Shown here one piece after another: positions 29,312 to 37,413 of a stretch of 64,000 nt of DNA. This DNA comes from Candidatus Latescibacterota bacterium. GTDB lineage: Bacteria; Latescibacterota; UBA2968; UBA8231. The notes under the pieces are model-generated. The model was not told the origin of the DNA and did not search any database. It saw nothing but the letters and a program-made list of their open reading frames with translations. How positions within the stretch are numbered: position 1 is the first letter of the stretch; the number at the start of each line of letters is the position of its first letter. Where the stretch lies: NCBI GenBank assembly GCA_965205655.1, contig CBDBIJ010000091.1:23593-87592 (forward strand). Direction: 5' to 3'. The translations under genes and the position numbers were made by a program.

Positions 29312-30325
29312 TCAAAGGGGCCTTATCACCACGTCCTTCAGATACTGGTTTCCGAAGTCGCTCCGGTCCCCGATCCTGGCCCTTCCGTCCGATACGAAGC
29401 GGGCCGACAGTGGTTTGTCGTAGCGTCGGGACAATCTCTGCAAAACGTTCAGGATCTCCAACACTCTGTTCGGGGATTCATCGATCCCGATCGGGTAGGT
29501 GTCGACGCCCAGCCCGCTGTGCAAGGACAGAAAGATGTTTCGCTCTATCGAAAAACGCCCCGCTTCGTACTCCCGAGCAAGCTCGAAATCCTCGAGGCAG
29601 GGAAACATGAGCCTGCAGAACCCAACCGGTCTGGGGTTGTGTTTCACGATGAATTCGGAGATGCGCAGGTACAGGTCCGTGCTCGCTGAAGCGGCAAAAT
29701 CGCCGCTCACTCTGTTGACGAAATTGACAAAGCTGCTCCTCCCTTCGAAAAGCGACGCAATGGACGAATCGATTCCCAGAAATTCCGTCTCATCGCGGAA
29801 GAGGGAAAGGATCTCATCCCACACAGCTCGCATGCGGTCGAACCACTCCTCGAGTGACCGGCAGTCAGCGGCCAGGTCCGTCGGCTGAAGGCCAACGGCA
29901 AAACCATCTGAGCCGTACGAGGCGGAGGGGAAGTAGGGACTCGATTCCACGTTTCGAAAGGTGTGAGTGAAGTTGAAGGTCTTGCTCGGTTGGCGGCGAA
30001 TGATCGCGAACAGCAGAGCGGTGTCGTCGATGCCCACCCCGTCGCTGAGGTCGACATTGAAAGCCACGTTGCCAGCGCTGAGGAAGTCGTCCAGCTGGGC
30101 GCGGGCCGAGGATCTGTTGAGTGTGCCGACGCTCAAATAGAGCGTTTCGTCAGGGAAGGCCGCATCGATCTCGGCAACCGACATGCCGCCGGCGCAGATC
30201 CGCTTCGTCTGAATGTCGAAGCCCCGATTCTCCATCATCAGCGACAACCGCTCGATCTCCTCCACGACGGTAGGGCCCGGCCGGCGGGAGAAGAAACAGA
30301 TGGTTCTGACGGTTTTGTCCGGCAT
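29312..30325 (-). CDS. DUF711 family protein
   Basis: VRTIC; IQTKRI; SPYFP; FLGIDSS; GF..LM.P.LED..LA; GVDT.P; KPLSAR. Confidence 0.75.
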   Translation of the reverse strand: MPDKTVRTICFFSRRPGPTVVEEIERLSLMMENRGFDIQTKRICAGGMSVAEIDAAFPDETLYLSVGTLNRSSARAQLDDFLSAGNVAFNVDLSDGVGIDDTALLFAIIRRQPSKTFNFTHTFRNVESSPYFPSASYGSDGFAVGLQPTDLAADCRSLEEWFDRMRAVWDEILSLFRDETEFLGIDSSIASLFEGRSSFVNFVNRVSGDFAASASTDLYLRISEFIVKHNPRPVGFCRLMFPCLEDFELAREYEAGRFSIERNIFLSLHSGLGVDTYPIGIDESPNRVLEILNVLQRLSRRYDKPLSARFVSDGRARIGDRSDFGNQYLKDVVIRPL

Positions 30326-32034
30326 CAGGGGCTGCGTCGGTCAGCGAGCCGGGCAGCGATCTCGTGGATTTCCGCCGCTCGCCCCGGCCGCAAACGAGCC
30401 GCGGTGTCGAAGTGACTGAGGGCGCTGTCGATCTCGCCTCGCTGGCCGAAGACCATGGCGAGATTGTAGTGCGCCTCGGCCAGGTCCGGGCGCAGCTCGA
30501 GCGCGCGGCGCAGGTGCTTCTGGGCAACCGCGAACTGCCGCCGAGTCGCCTGGACAATCGCGACGCTGAGGTGGGCGTCGGTGTAATCGGGCTCGATCCG
30601 CAGGGCTGCCTCGAGCCGCGGCAAGGCGCTGTCCGCGTCGCCGGCTGCCAGGTGGAGCGACCCCAAGCCGAACTGATAGCCGGCGTTGTCGGGATCGACC
30701 TCCAGCATGGTCTCGTAGCCGGCGATTTCCTGTTGCAGCCACTTGCGGGAAAAATCCCGCTTGAGGGTGTCGAGATCGGCCTCGCTGGAGGGCAACACCT
30801 GCAGCACGAGGTCCCCCATTTCGTCACTCGACCGGACCCCGAACAGAACGCGCCGCGGTGGGTCGCTGGGGTTGCGCACGTTGGCGCTCGAGTTGTCGTA
30901 GGTGTGGCGCATGACCAGGGTGGTGCCACCGGGCAGGAAGACCGGCCGGGCATAGCGGTAGTAGTCCTGCCAATCGAAATCCCAGTCGTCGATGCGGATG
31001 AGCCATTTTCTGTCGCCTCCCGGCAGCAGCGCCAGGGCCTCGATTGTCTTGCCGAGGTAGTGAGCGTGCGGAAACACGCTGAGAACCTGGACGTCGACGG
31101 GCAACTCATACGTGTCTTCATACTCGACGCTCGGCGCTCCGGCCGGAAGGTCGATATCCTTGCGGCTGAGCCGCAGCAGGGTGGGGGTTCGGGTCGGCGG
31201 TTCGTCGCTGAAGAAGAAGCCGGCCTTTGCCTTTATAGGCTCGGGCTTGCCGCTGGGAAGCAGGTGCAGCATCAGCACGAGGTCGGTGCCCGGATGTGCT
31301 GTCCAGGCGAGGCTGTCCGGGACGGCGAAAGGCATCGTGCCTGGCGCCCAGCCGAGAAAGTGTCCGTCAGGCTTGAAGGCCTCACCAAAGTCCATGCCCT
31401 CGAACCCCGGCCCGGGGTCTCGAACGTCGCGCTTTCTGGCCGCCCCCGATCGATCGAACATGATGACGCCATGATGGACGATGCGGGGGTTACCGGGCCG
31501 CAGCTCCACCGCCACCACGTGCCGTGGCTCGCTCAACGGGAGGGGGATCACGAAGTTGCGGAACACATCGCCGCCGCCCGCCTGCAGCGAGTAGGCCTCC
31601 GTCATTTCAACCACCAGATCGGGCTGGCCCAGCTGCCACCCTTTTGGCCACTCCGGTTGAGGCGGCAGGTCTGCAGGCTCACCTTCCAGTGCCCCCTCGT
31701 CGACCCACCTCTGAATGCGCCCGATCTGAGCCTCGCCCAACCGACGCACACCGACAAAATCACCGTAGCCGGGCTCCGGCTTCCACGGCGGCATGTAGCG
31801 CTTCTGAGTCACGTCGGCGACAAGGCGGGCCCGCCTTTTGACGTCGGTGTAGGTCAGGAGACTGAACGGCGCTGATTCGCCCGGCCGGTGGCAGCCGGAG
31901 CAGTGCTGGAAGATGATGGGAGCGATGTCTCTGTTGAAGGAAAGCGCCTCAGCGCCCGATTCGGGTCGGTCGGCGCCACACCCCAGCCACATCGCGACTC
32001 CGGCGAATGCGAGGGCGCTTTGGAATCGACTCAT
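30325..32034 (-). CDS. Lipoprotein with c-type heme, PHM-like (type II copper monooxygenase) domains and TPRs
   Basis: Lipobox WLGC; CSGCH; MPPW; IVHH..; LH; PHAHYLG; WDFDWQ; YDNS; DEM; C-terminal TPRs. Confidence 0.8.
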   Translation of the reverse strand: MSRFQSALAFAGVAMWLGCGADRPESGAEALSFNRDIAPIIFQHCSGCHRPGESAPFSLLTYTDVKRRARLVADVTQKRYMPPWKPEPGYGDFVGVRRLGEAQIGRIQRWVDEGALEGEPADLPPQPEWPKGWQLGQPDLVVEMTEAYSLQAGGGDVFRNFVIPLPLSEPRHVVAVELRPGNPRIVHHGVIMFDRSGAARKRDVRDPGPGFEGMDFGEAFKPDGHFLGWAPGTMPFAVPDSLAWTAHPGTDLVLMLHLLPSGKPEPIKAKAGFFFSDEPPTRTPTLLRLSRKDIDLPAGAPSVEYEDTYELPVDVQVLSVFPHAHYLGKTIEALALLPGGDRKWLIRIDDWDFDWQDYYRYARPVFLPGGTTLVMRHTYDNSSANVRNPSDPPRRVLFGVRSSDEMGDLVLQVLPSSEADLDTLKRDFSRKWLQQEIAGYETMLEVDPDNAGYQFGLGSLHLAAGDADSALPRLEAALRIEPDYTDAHLSVAIVQATRRQFAVAQKHLRRALELRPDLAEAHYNLAMVFGQRGEIDSALSHFDTAARLRPGRAAEIHEIAARLADRRSP

Positions 32035-32630
32035 TTCAGGTCAGCGATGTAGCAGCCCACGGCGCGGGTCGTCTCGACTCTGGCCGGGCGTCCGGCGATG
32101 ACGGCGTCGAGAGCATCCTCGAGGTCGCGCCTGGTGGGGGTGTCGCGTCTGCGGTCGAAATCAACGTAGCGATTGTCGATGCGGCCGCGGTAGGCCATCT
32201 CACCGGCAGCGTCGAAAACGGCGACCTCCGGCGTGACCTCGGCCCCGGTCAGTCTCACGAGTTCGTGCTTGGTGTCGCGCAGTGCCGCGAGGGGGTAGTC
32301 GTACTCGGTGAGGTGCCGGCGAATCGCACCGGGCGTCTCGTCCGGATCGACATAGACCAGGACAAATTGCACACCTCTGGATGCGAACCTGTCGTGGATG
32401 CGGCGGACTTCCGGAGCGTAGCGATTAGAAATAGGACAGTCGGAACGTGTGAAGATCAGGACAGACGTCTGATCGTCCACCATGCTAAGCGGGTCGACGA
32501 TGCGGCCATCCAGGTCGACGACCGCCGAGAATCGCGGTGCAGGCCAGGTGAAAAACACCACCACCACCGCCGTCAAAGCCAATCCGATGATGACCGCTCT
32601 GCGATTCACGATGCTTCGTCTTTCATTCAA
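32031..32630 (-). CDS. Membrane-anchored redoxin (AhpC/TSA, thioredoxin fold)
   Basis: N-terminal TM; DLDG; CPIS; TPEVAV; YRGRIDN; AVGCYI. The start may be the GTG at 32609. Confidence 0.85.
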   Translation of the reverse strand: MNERRSIVNRRAVIIGLALTAVVVVFFTWPAPRFSAVVDLDGRIVDPLSMVDDQTSVLIFTRSDCPISNRYAPEVRRIHDRFASRGVQFVLVYVDPDETPGAIRRHLTEYDYPLAALRDTKHELVRLTGAEVTPEVAVFDAAGEMAYRGRIDNRYVDFDRRRDTPTRRDLEDALDAVIAGRPARVETTRAVGCYIADLK

Positions 32631-32645
32631 GAGATGTCCGAGCGC

Positions 32646-33645
32646 TCAGCGCCGATCCTTTGCGGCACCCCAAGAGATTCTGGACACCGCGGTTGGATCA
32701 CCTCCGATCCAACGGGGATACAGAAGAATCCGCCATCGGCTCATTCGTCAGATTGACAAGCCCTGTTCCATCGATTCGCATGGCAAAAATGTCGTGATTC
32801 GGCACCCCGGAAAGCCCGCCGGACTCACCCCTGTCAAAAGTGGCGTCGGAGGCGAATGCGATCCAGGCTCCATCCGGTGACCAGGCCGGACTGAATTCCG
32901 TTGCACGACTGCTCGTGAGGTTCGTCACCTCCCCGCCGTGCAGACCTACGAGGTAAATGTCGAAATTGCCATCTCTAACACTGGCAAAGGCGAGTTGAGA
33001 GCCATCCGGGGACCATGAGATATCGACGGAATCGCCCGGAAGTTCCGCCACGAGCTCTTTTTTCATGGTCCGAAGGGTGACCGAAGAGACCTGACTGCCG
33101 GCGCCACCTCGATCGGCGACATATGCGATCCGCTCGCCGCCGGGCGCCCAGGCGGGGAAAAGCTCGGGGAGGAGTCGCGTCCCGGTAATGTTGATGAGCC
33201 TGGAGCCATCCAGATTCATGGTGTAGACATCGAGGTTGCGAAATCCCTGGCCATCCAGATCGGAGCAGAAGACGATGCACTCCCCATCCGGCGACCACGA
33301 CGGATACAGATCGACGGCAGCGCTGTTCGTGAGGTTGACCGGATCGGGCCAATCCACTCTCTGGAGGAAGATATCGCTGCCGCTGAGTGCCCCGTCAAAC
33401 CAAAACGCGGCAAACAGGGCGGCCCTGCCGTCAGGCGACCAGGAGAGCGAACCGAAATCACCGTGGAGAGCACCGGCCAACAACCCGGTATTGGTCAGTT
33501 CGCGTGCTGTCGAAGCCTCAGCGCTAAACAGATGATATTCGCGGGGCTCTCTATCGGAGGGGTCCGTTCCGGCATACATCAAGCGCAGATCGGCCTGCGC
33601 CATTTGAGAGCACATTCCGATGAGCAGCAGATGGCGGAGCAGCAT
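32646..33645 (-). CDS. TolB-like PD40-repeat secreted protein; frameshifted near 32727, true C-terminus carries TAV-x3-SWG-x2-K
   Basis: Repeated PSWSPDG..I.F.S...G..DIY units. The ORF as sequenced stops at 32698; the shifted frame reads LLYPRWIGGDPTAVSRISWGAAKDRR* to 32646. Confidence 0.8.
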
Positions 33646-33734
33646 CGACGAGAGAGCGCCAAACGCGACCTGGGCGCTGACTGGGGGGCCGAGGTCTGTT
33701 GTCCTAAGATCGCGTATGGATAGAGGTACAGCTG

Positions 33735-36700
33735 CTACTTGAGAAGCAACAGTCTGCGTTTGACTTCGTGCATATCGGTCGCCAACGAGTATAGGTACAC
33801 GCCGCTGCCGACCGGCCTTCCAGTATTGTCCCTTCCATCCCAGCCGACACTGTAATGTCCCGCCCCCTGCGTGTCGCGCACAAGGTGTCTGACCGGCTGG
33901 CCGAGAATGTCGTACACCGTCAGCGTGACGGGCGTTTCGCCGTCGAGCACGTAGGAGATGGTGGTCTCGGCATTGAAAGGATTCGGAGAGTTGGACAGAG
34001 AAGGAACCTGAACTGAAGCCTTCAGCGACGGCGCGATTTGGGGTGCCGGTTGCTCGAGCAGGTACCCGATGCTGGATCCGAGCAGTGGACGAACGATGTC
34101 TTCCTCCTGAAGACCTATGTCAAAGGGCAGATAGACGAGCCGGTAGGTGCCGGTATCCAGACGCATTCCCGCTACTTCGCGCCTGCTGTTGAGCAGGATC
34201 GGCTCCGCCGGAGCTATCAGTGCGAGCGGAGCGTGATGCATGGTGAAATCCAGCGGCTCGCTGAGCCCCACGCTCTCGATCGGCAGGAGTCGCTGCCCCC
34301 ACCTTCGCACACTACTCACATGCAGAATCTCGCGGTAGAAGGGTCCCATGCCGCCGCCCCGGACCCGGCTCGTCATGTTCCGCGAACGATTGAGCCAGAG
34401 TGTAGCCAGCATGAGGCGGCCATCGTCCTCGAGGAAATCTCGAAAGGTTTCCCGCGTCCTCTCATCCATCGTGCGCCCCATCCAGATGACGAGCCCATTC
34501 TGTGCAGCATAGTGAGGCAGGATCGTTCGATAGAGTGCTCCCCTATCGGGCGCCACATCGAAGATACGGACGCTCAACCCCTGGGCGGCCGTCTCCCTGG
34601 TTATGATCCGCCTCAGACTCTCTACCTCACTGGCTTCATACTGGTCCCCGACAAAGACCACGATGTCCGGCAGTGTGGTCGTCTCATTGGCCCAGAGAAA
34701 GAGGTCCTGTTCGCTCAGCACGACGGAACCGTCGCGGGCGTGCATTCGCACCTGGGCTTGGTACTGATCCGACGCAGTCGGCCAATAGGCCGCAGAGAAT
34801 ACGGACTCCCCGGGCAAGCTCCGACTCCGGGTCATCGGAATCTCATCGAACGAGGTGGGATTCGATAAGGAACGGACGATCATGTAAGCCTTCTCTATTT
34901 CGCCTTGAGCAGAGGCGCGGAAATAGCTGTGCCGGCCTACCAATGCCGACTCCGAGCGGACGTCTCCGTAGACCTCGATCTCGCTCCCCCGCACCGGAGA
35001 TCTGCCTTCTATCTCGAACTCGAGCGTGTCTCGGAAGGCCTCCAGCTGGTAGCCGGTCGCTTCGAATACAAACCGCAGGGGCTCGCCGGAGTCGGCATCG
35101 GGGCTCACAGTAAGACTGGGCAACCGCGGCGTCGTGCGAGACCCAGGCGAGAGAGTGAATGGTTCGCTCCGCACGATCAGGTCGTCTCCAGTGACGTCTG
35201 TCGACCAGCTGGGATAGACGGCAGACGTATTCCAGCTGAGTCTCAAATGGATATCGCGGTATCCGGTCAATGTCCAGTTGCCGATTTCGACATCGAACCG
35301 GAAGGATTCGCCCGGGCTGAGCCGGCCGTCGTCGTTGCCGGCAGTCTCTCCGCGCGCCGAGTCGATCAGATCAATCCTTCTGGTTATCTGTCCGCTCGAG
35401 TCTGCCGGAGCGTCCAGCAGGACAACGCTATTGGCCGCGTTGCGTATCGAATAGCTGTCATCCGGCGCCTCGATGACGCTGGAACTCGTGGGCGAGAACA
35501 GAATGCCATACCAGGGCCGCTCCGGGTCCAACGCATCAAAAACGACGGAGGCTGCATCGGAGTCGGTCAGGATTCTGAAGTCTCCCTCGATCTTGAACTC
35601 GATGAGGCCGCTGTCCCGGCCACTGCGCAAGCGATCGGAGCCCGCGAACCGCACCTGCGTGTGGTCGTGAATAACGAGGGCGCCCTCCGGGCCGACTCGG
35701 AAATCGCCGTCAACGAGCACGTTCCCACCCCAGTGTATCTCCTCGTCGATGGTCCCGGCCCAGCGAGGCTGGAGCAGATCCACCGACATGGCGGACCCCA
35801 GCCGTGAGAACGTCATATCGAGGCCGGTGTACGCAGACGAACCCATCCTCAGCAAATTGCTGGATGGATTGGAGCGAACCCTCAGCTGCCTGAAGCGGAC
35901 GCCGTCAAAAGGGTCGGTGGCGTCGCCAAGGTTGCCGTCACGCGCCGAGGCGTATCCTCCGTCGTGAGCCCAGTAGTCGAGATTGTCCAATCCCTCCTCG
36001 CCATCTGCCTGGCGCCCCGACGGATACCCCGCGTCGCGAAAGAGGCCATCGGCACAGACGAGATCAACGAGTTTCGACCGCTCTTCATTGTTCGAGGTGG
36101 CCTGTGGACGGATGTGCCAGACGAGCAATCCCTCAGCGGCGACGTTGCGGTTATAGCGCGTTCGCGTTCGTTGCTCCAGCAGCAGATACTCTTCCTCGAA
36201 ATCGTTTCCCGGATCGGAGGCCAACCCCAGGGGGATCTTGTAAACGTATCCATCATTCCGAAGGTCTTCGACCACGAGTCCGGTCGTGTCCTGGAAGATC
36301 TCTACCAGGCGATCGTTTCCAGGCCCGATCCAGCCCAATTGCTCCAGGCTCCAGGCAGAAAAGGCGACCGGACCGTCGCCACCATTCCAACCGTGTGCGC
36401 CCCACCCCATCAATCCCCAGAAGCCGATCCCGGCACTGTCTTCGGACGGTGCGCCGTAAGCGAAATCGTACAAGTCGGGCAGGAGCAGTGCGTGGCCGAA
36501 CTCGTGTGCCATCGATCCAACTGTTTGCGAAAAACTTCCTTCGCGCAGAACCGCGCCGCGGTCGCTGGCGCCTGAAACGACTATCGATAGTCCGCTCAGT
36601 CCCACATCAGCTGTCGCCAGACTCGAGTCGAAGCCCAGCCCGGCTCGCCCAGTCGCACCACCGCCCAGGAAACCCCGCGGTGTGGAAAGCATGTTGATGA

Positions 36701-37223
36701 AGACGTAGTCGACGATGCCGTCGTCGTCGCCGGAGTTCGGCAGGCCGTCTGGTCCGTCGTTGTCATACTGGCGCCAGTCGACATCATCGTCCGCCTGGCG
36801 AAGAATTTCCTCGACAAGATCCACGTAGCCGCCAGCTTCACCGTCGGACAGATAACTGGCAGCCGGCCGACTCGAGACATATCGTTCGGGAAGCACAGTG
36901 CCCCGAATCTCCATCTGGCCGAATGACATGGTATCGTAGAAATGGGACAAGCTGCCAGGCAGCCTGAGATCGAAAATGGCGTTCGCGTAGTCCGGGACGG
37001 GTTGCCGTCCTTCGCTTGCGAACTGGGCGTATACGACTACGACGTCAACGCGGTTGGAGATGGCGGCAAGATCGGAAGGGGCAGTGGGCTGCGTGGTCTT
37101 GGCGGCGATACGGGGCGAGGCGGCCGGCACGTGCCCGGCGCAAAGAAAGCCCTCGGCCGCAACTTCGCTGTGCACGAAGAAACCCACGAGCGCTGCAAGT
37201 ATCAGGTGCGAGACTTTGGCCAT
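33735..37223 (-). CDS. M6 (immune inhibitor A) family metalloprotease with FlgD-Ig/T9SS-type-A-like C-terminal domain
   Basis: Signal peptide from the ATG at 37223; YDNDGPDG.PNSGDDDG.VD; HEFGHALLLPDLYD; W.LM..G; NSPNPFNAET...WDGRD..G..VGSGVY...LLLLK. Confidence 0.9.
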   Translation of the reverse strand: MAKVSHLILAALVGFFVHSEVAAEGFLCAGHVPAASPRIAAKTTQPTAPSDLAAISNRVDVVVVYAQFASEGRQPVPDYANAIFDLRLPGSLSHFYDTMSFGQMEIRGTVLPERYVSSRPAASYLSDGEAGGYVDLVEEILRQADDDVDWRQYDNDGPDGLPNSGDDDGIVDYVFINMLSTPRGFLGGGATGRAGLGFDSSLATADVGLSGLSIVVSGASDRGAVLREGSFSQTVGSMAHEFGHALLLPDLYDFAYGAPSEDSAGIGFWGLMGWGAHGWNGGDGPVAFSAWSLEQLGWIGPGNDRLVEIFQDTTGLVVEDLRNDGYVYKIPLGLASDPGNDFEEEYLLLEQRTRTRYNRNVAAEGLLVWHIRPQATSNNEERSKLVDLVCADGLFRDAGYPSGRQADGEEGLDNLDYWAHDGGYASARDGNLGDATDPFDGVRFRQLRVRSNPSSNLLRMGSSAYTGLDMTFSRLGSAMSVDLLQPRWAGTIDEEIHWGGNVLVDGDFRVGPEGALVIHDHTQVRFAGSDRLRSGRDSGLIEFKIEGDFRILTDSDAASVVFDALDPERPWYGILFSPTSSSVIEAPDDSYSIRNAANSVVLLDAPADSSGQITRRIDLIDSARGETAGNDDGRLSPGESFRFDVEIGNWTLTGYRDIHLRLSWNTSAVYPSWSTDVTGDDLIVRSEPFTLSPGSRTTPRLPSLTVSPDADSGEPLRFVFEATGYQLEAFRDTLEFEIEGRSPVRGSEIEVYGDVRSESALVGRHSYFRASAQGEIEKAYMIVRSLSNPTSFDEIPMTRSRSLPGESVFSAAYWPTASDQYQAQVRMHARDGSVVLSEQDLFLWANETTTLPDIVVFVGDQYEASEVESLRRIITRETAAQGLSVRIFDVAPDRGALYRTILPHYAAQNGLVIWMGRTMDERTRETFRDFLEDDGRLMLATLWLNRSRNMTSRVRGGGMGPFYREILHVSSVRRWGQRLLPIESVGLSEPLDFTMHHAPLALIAPAEPILLNSRREVAGMRLDTGTYRLVYLPFDIGLQEEDIVRPLLGSSIGYLLEQPAPQIAPSLKASVQVPSLSNSPNPFNAETTISYVLDGETPVTLTVYDILGQPVRHLVRDTQGAGHYSVGWDGRDNTGRPVGSGVYLYSLATDMHEVKRRLLLLK

Positions 37224-37413
37224 GGCTACCTTCAAAGTTAACATCTCCAAGATCACGCTCAAGCGCGGATCACCTGATGCCACCTTTAGACAGCTGTGCA
37301 CGGCAATCGTTCAGTGCGAAGAGGACTCCCGTATCGACGTCATTCTCAACATGTGGGCCATTGATTCAGTGAGAGCACGACAATCGCGAAAGCTTTTCAG
37401 GTTCGCGGTCCAC

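Noticed and set aside
37054..37301. Head-to-head overlap of the M6 protease and PorZ-like ORFs
   Set aside because: An artefact of longest-ORF start choice; signal peptides place the real starts near 37223 and 37369-37414.
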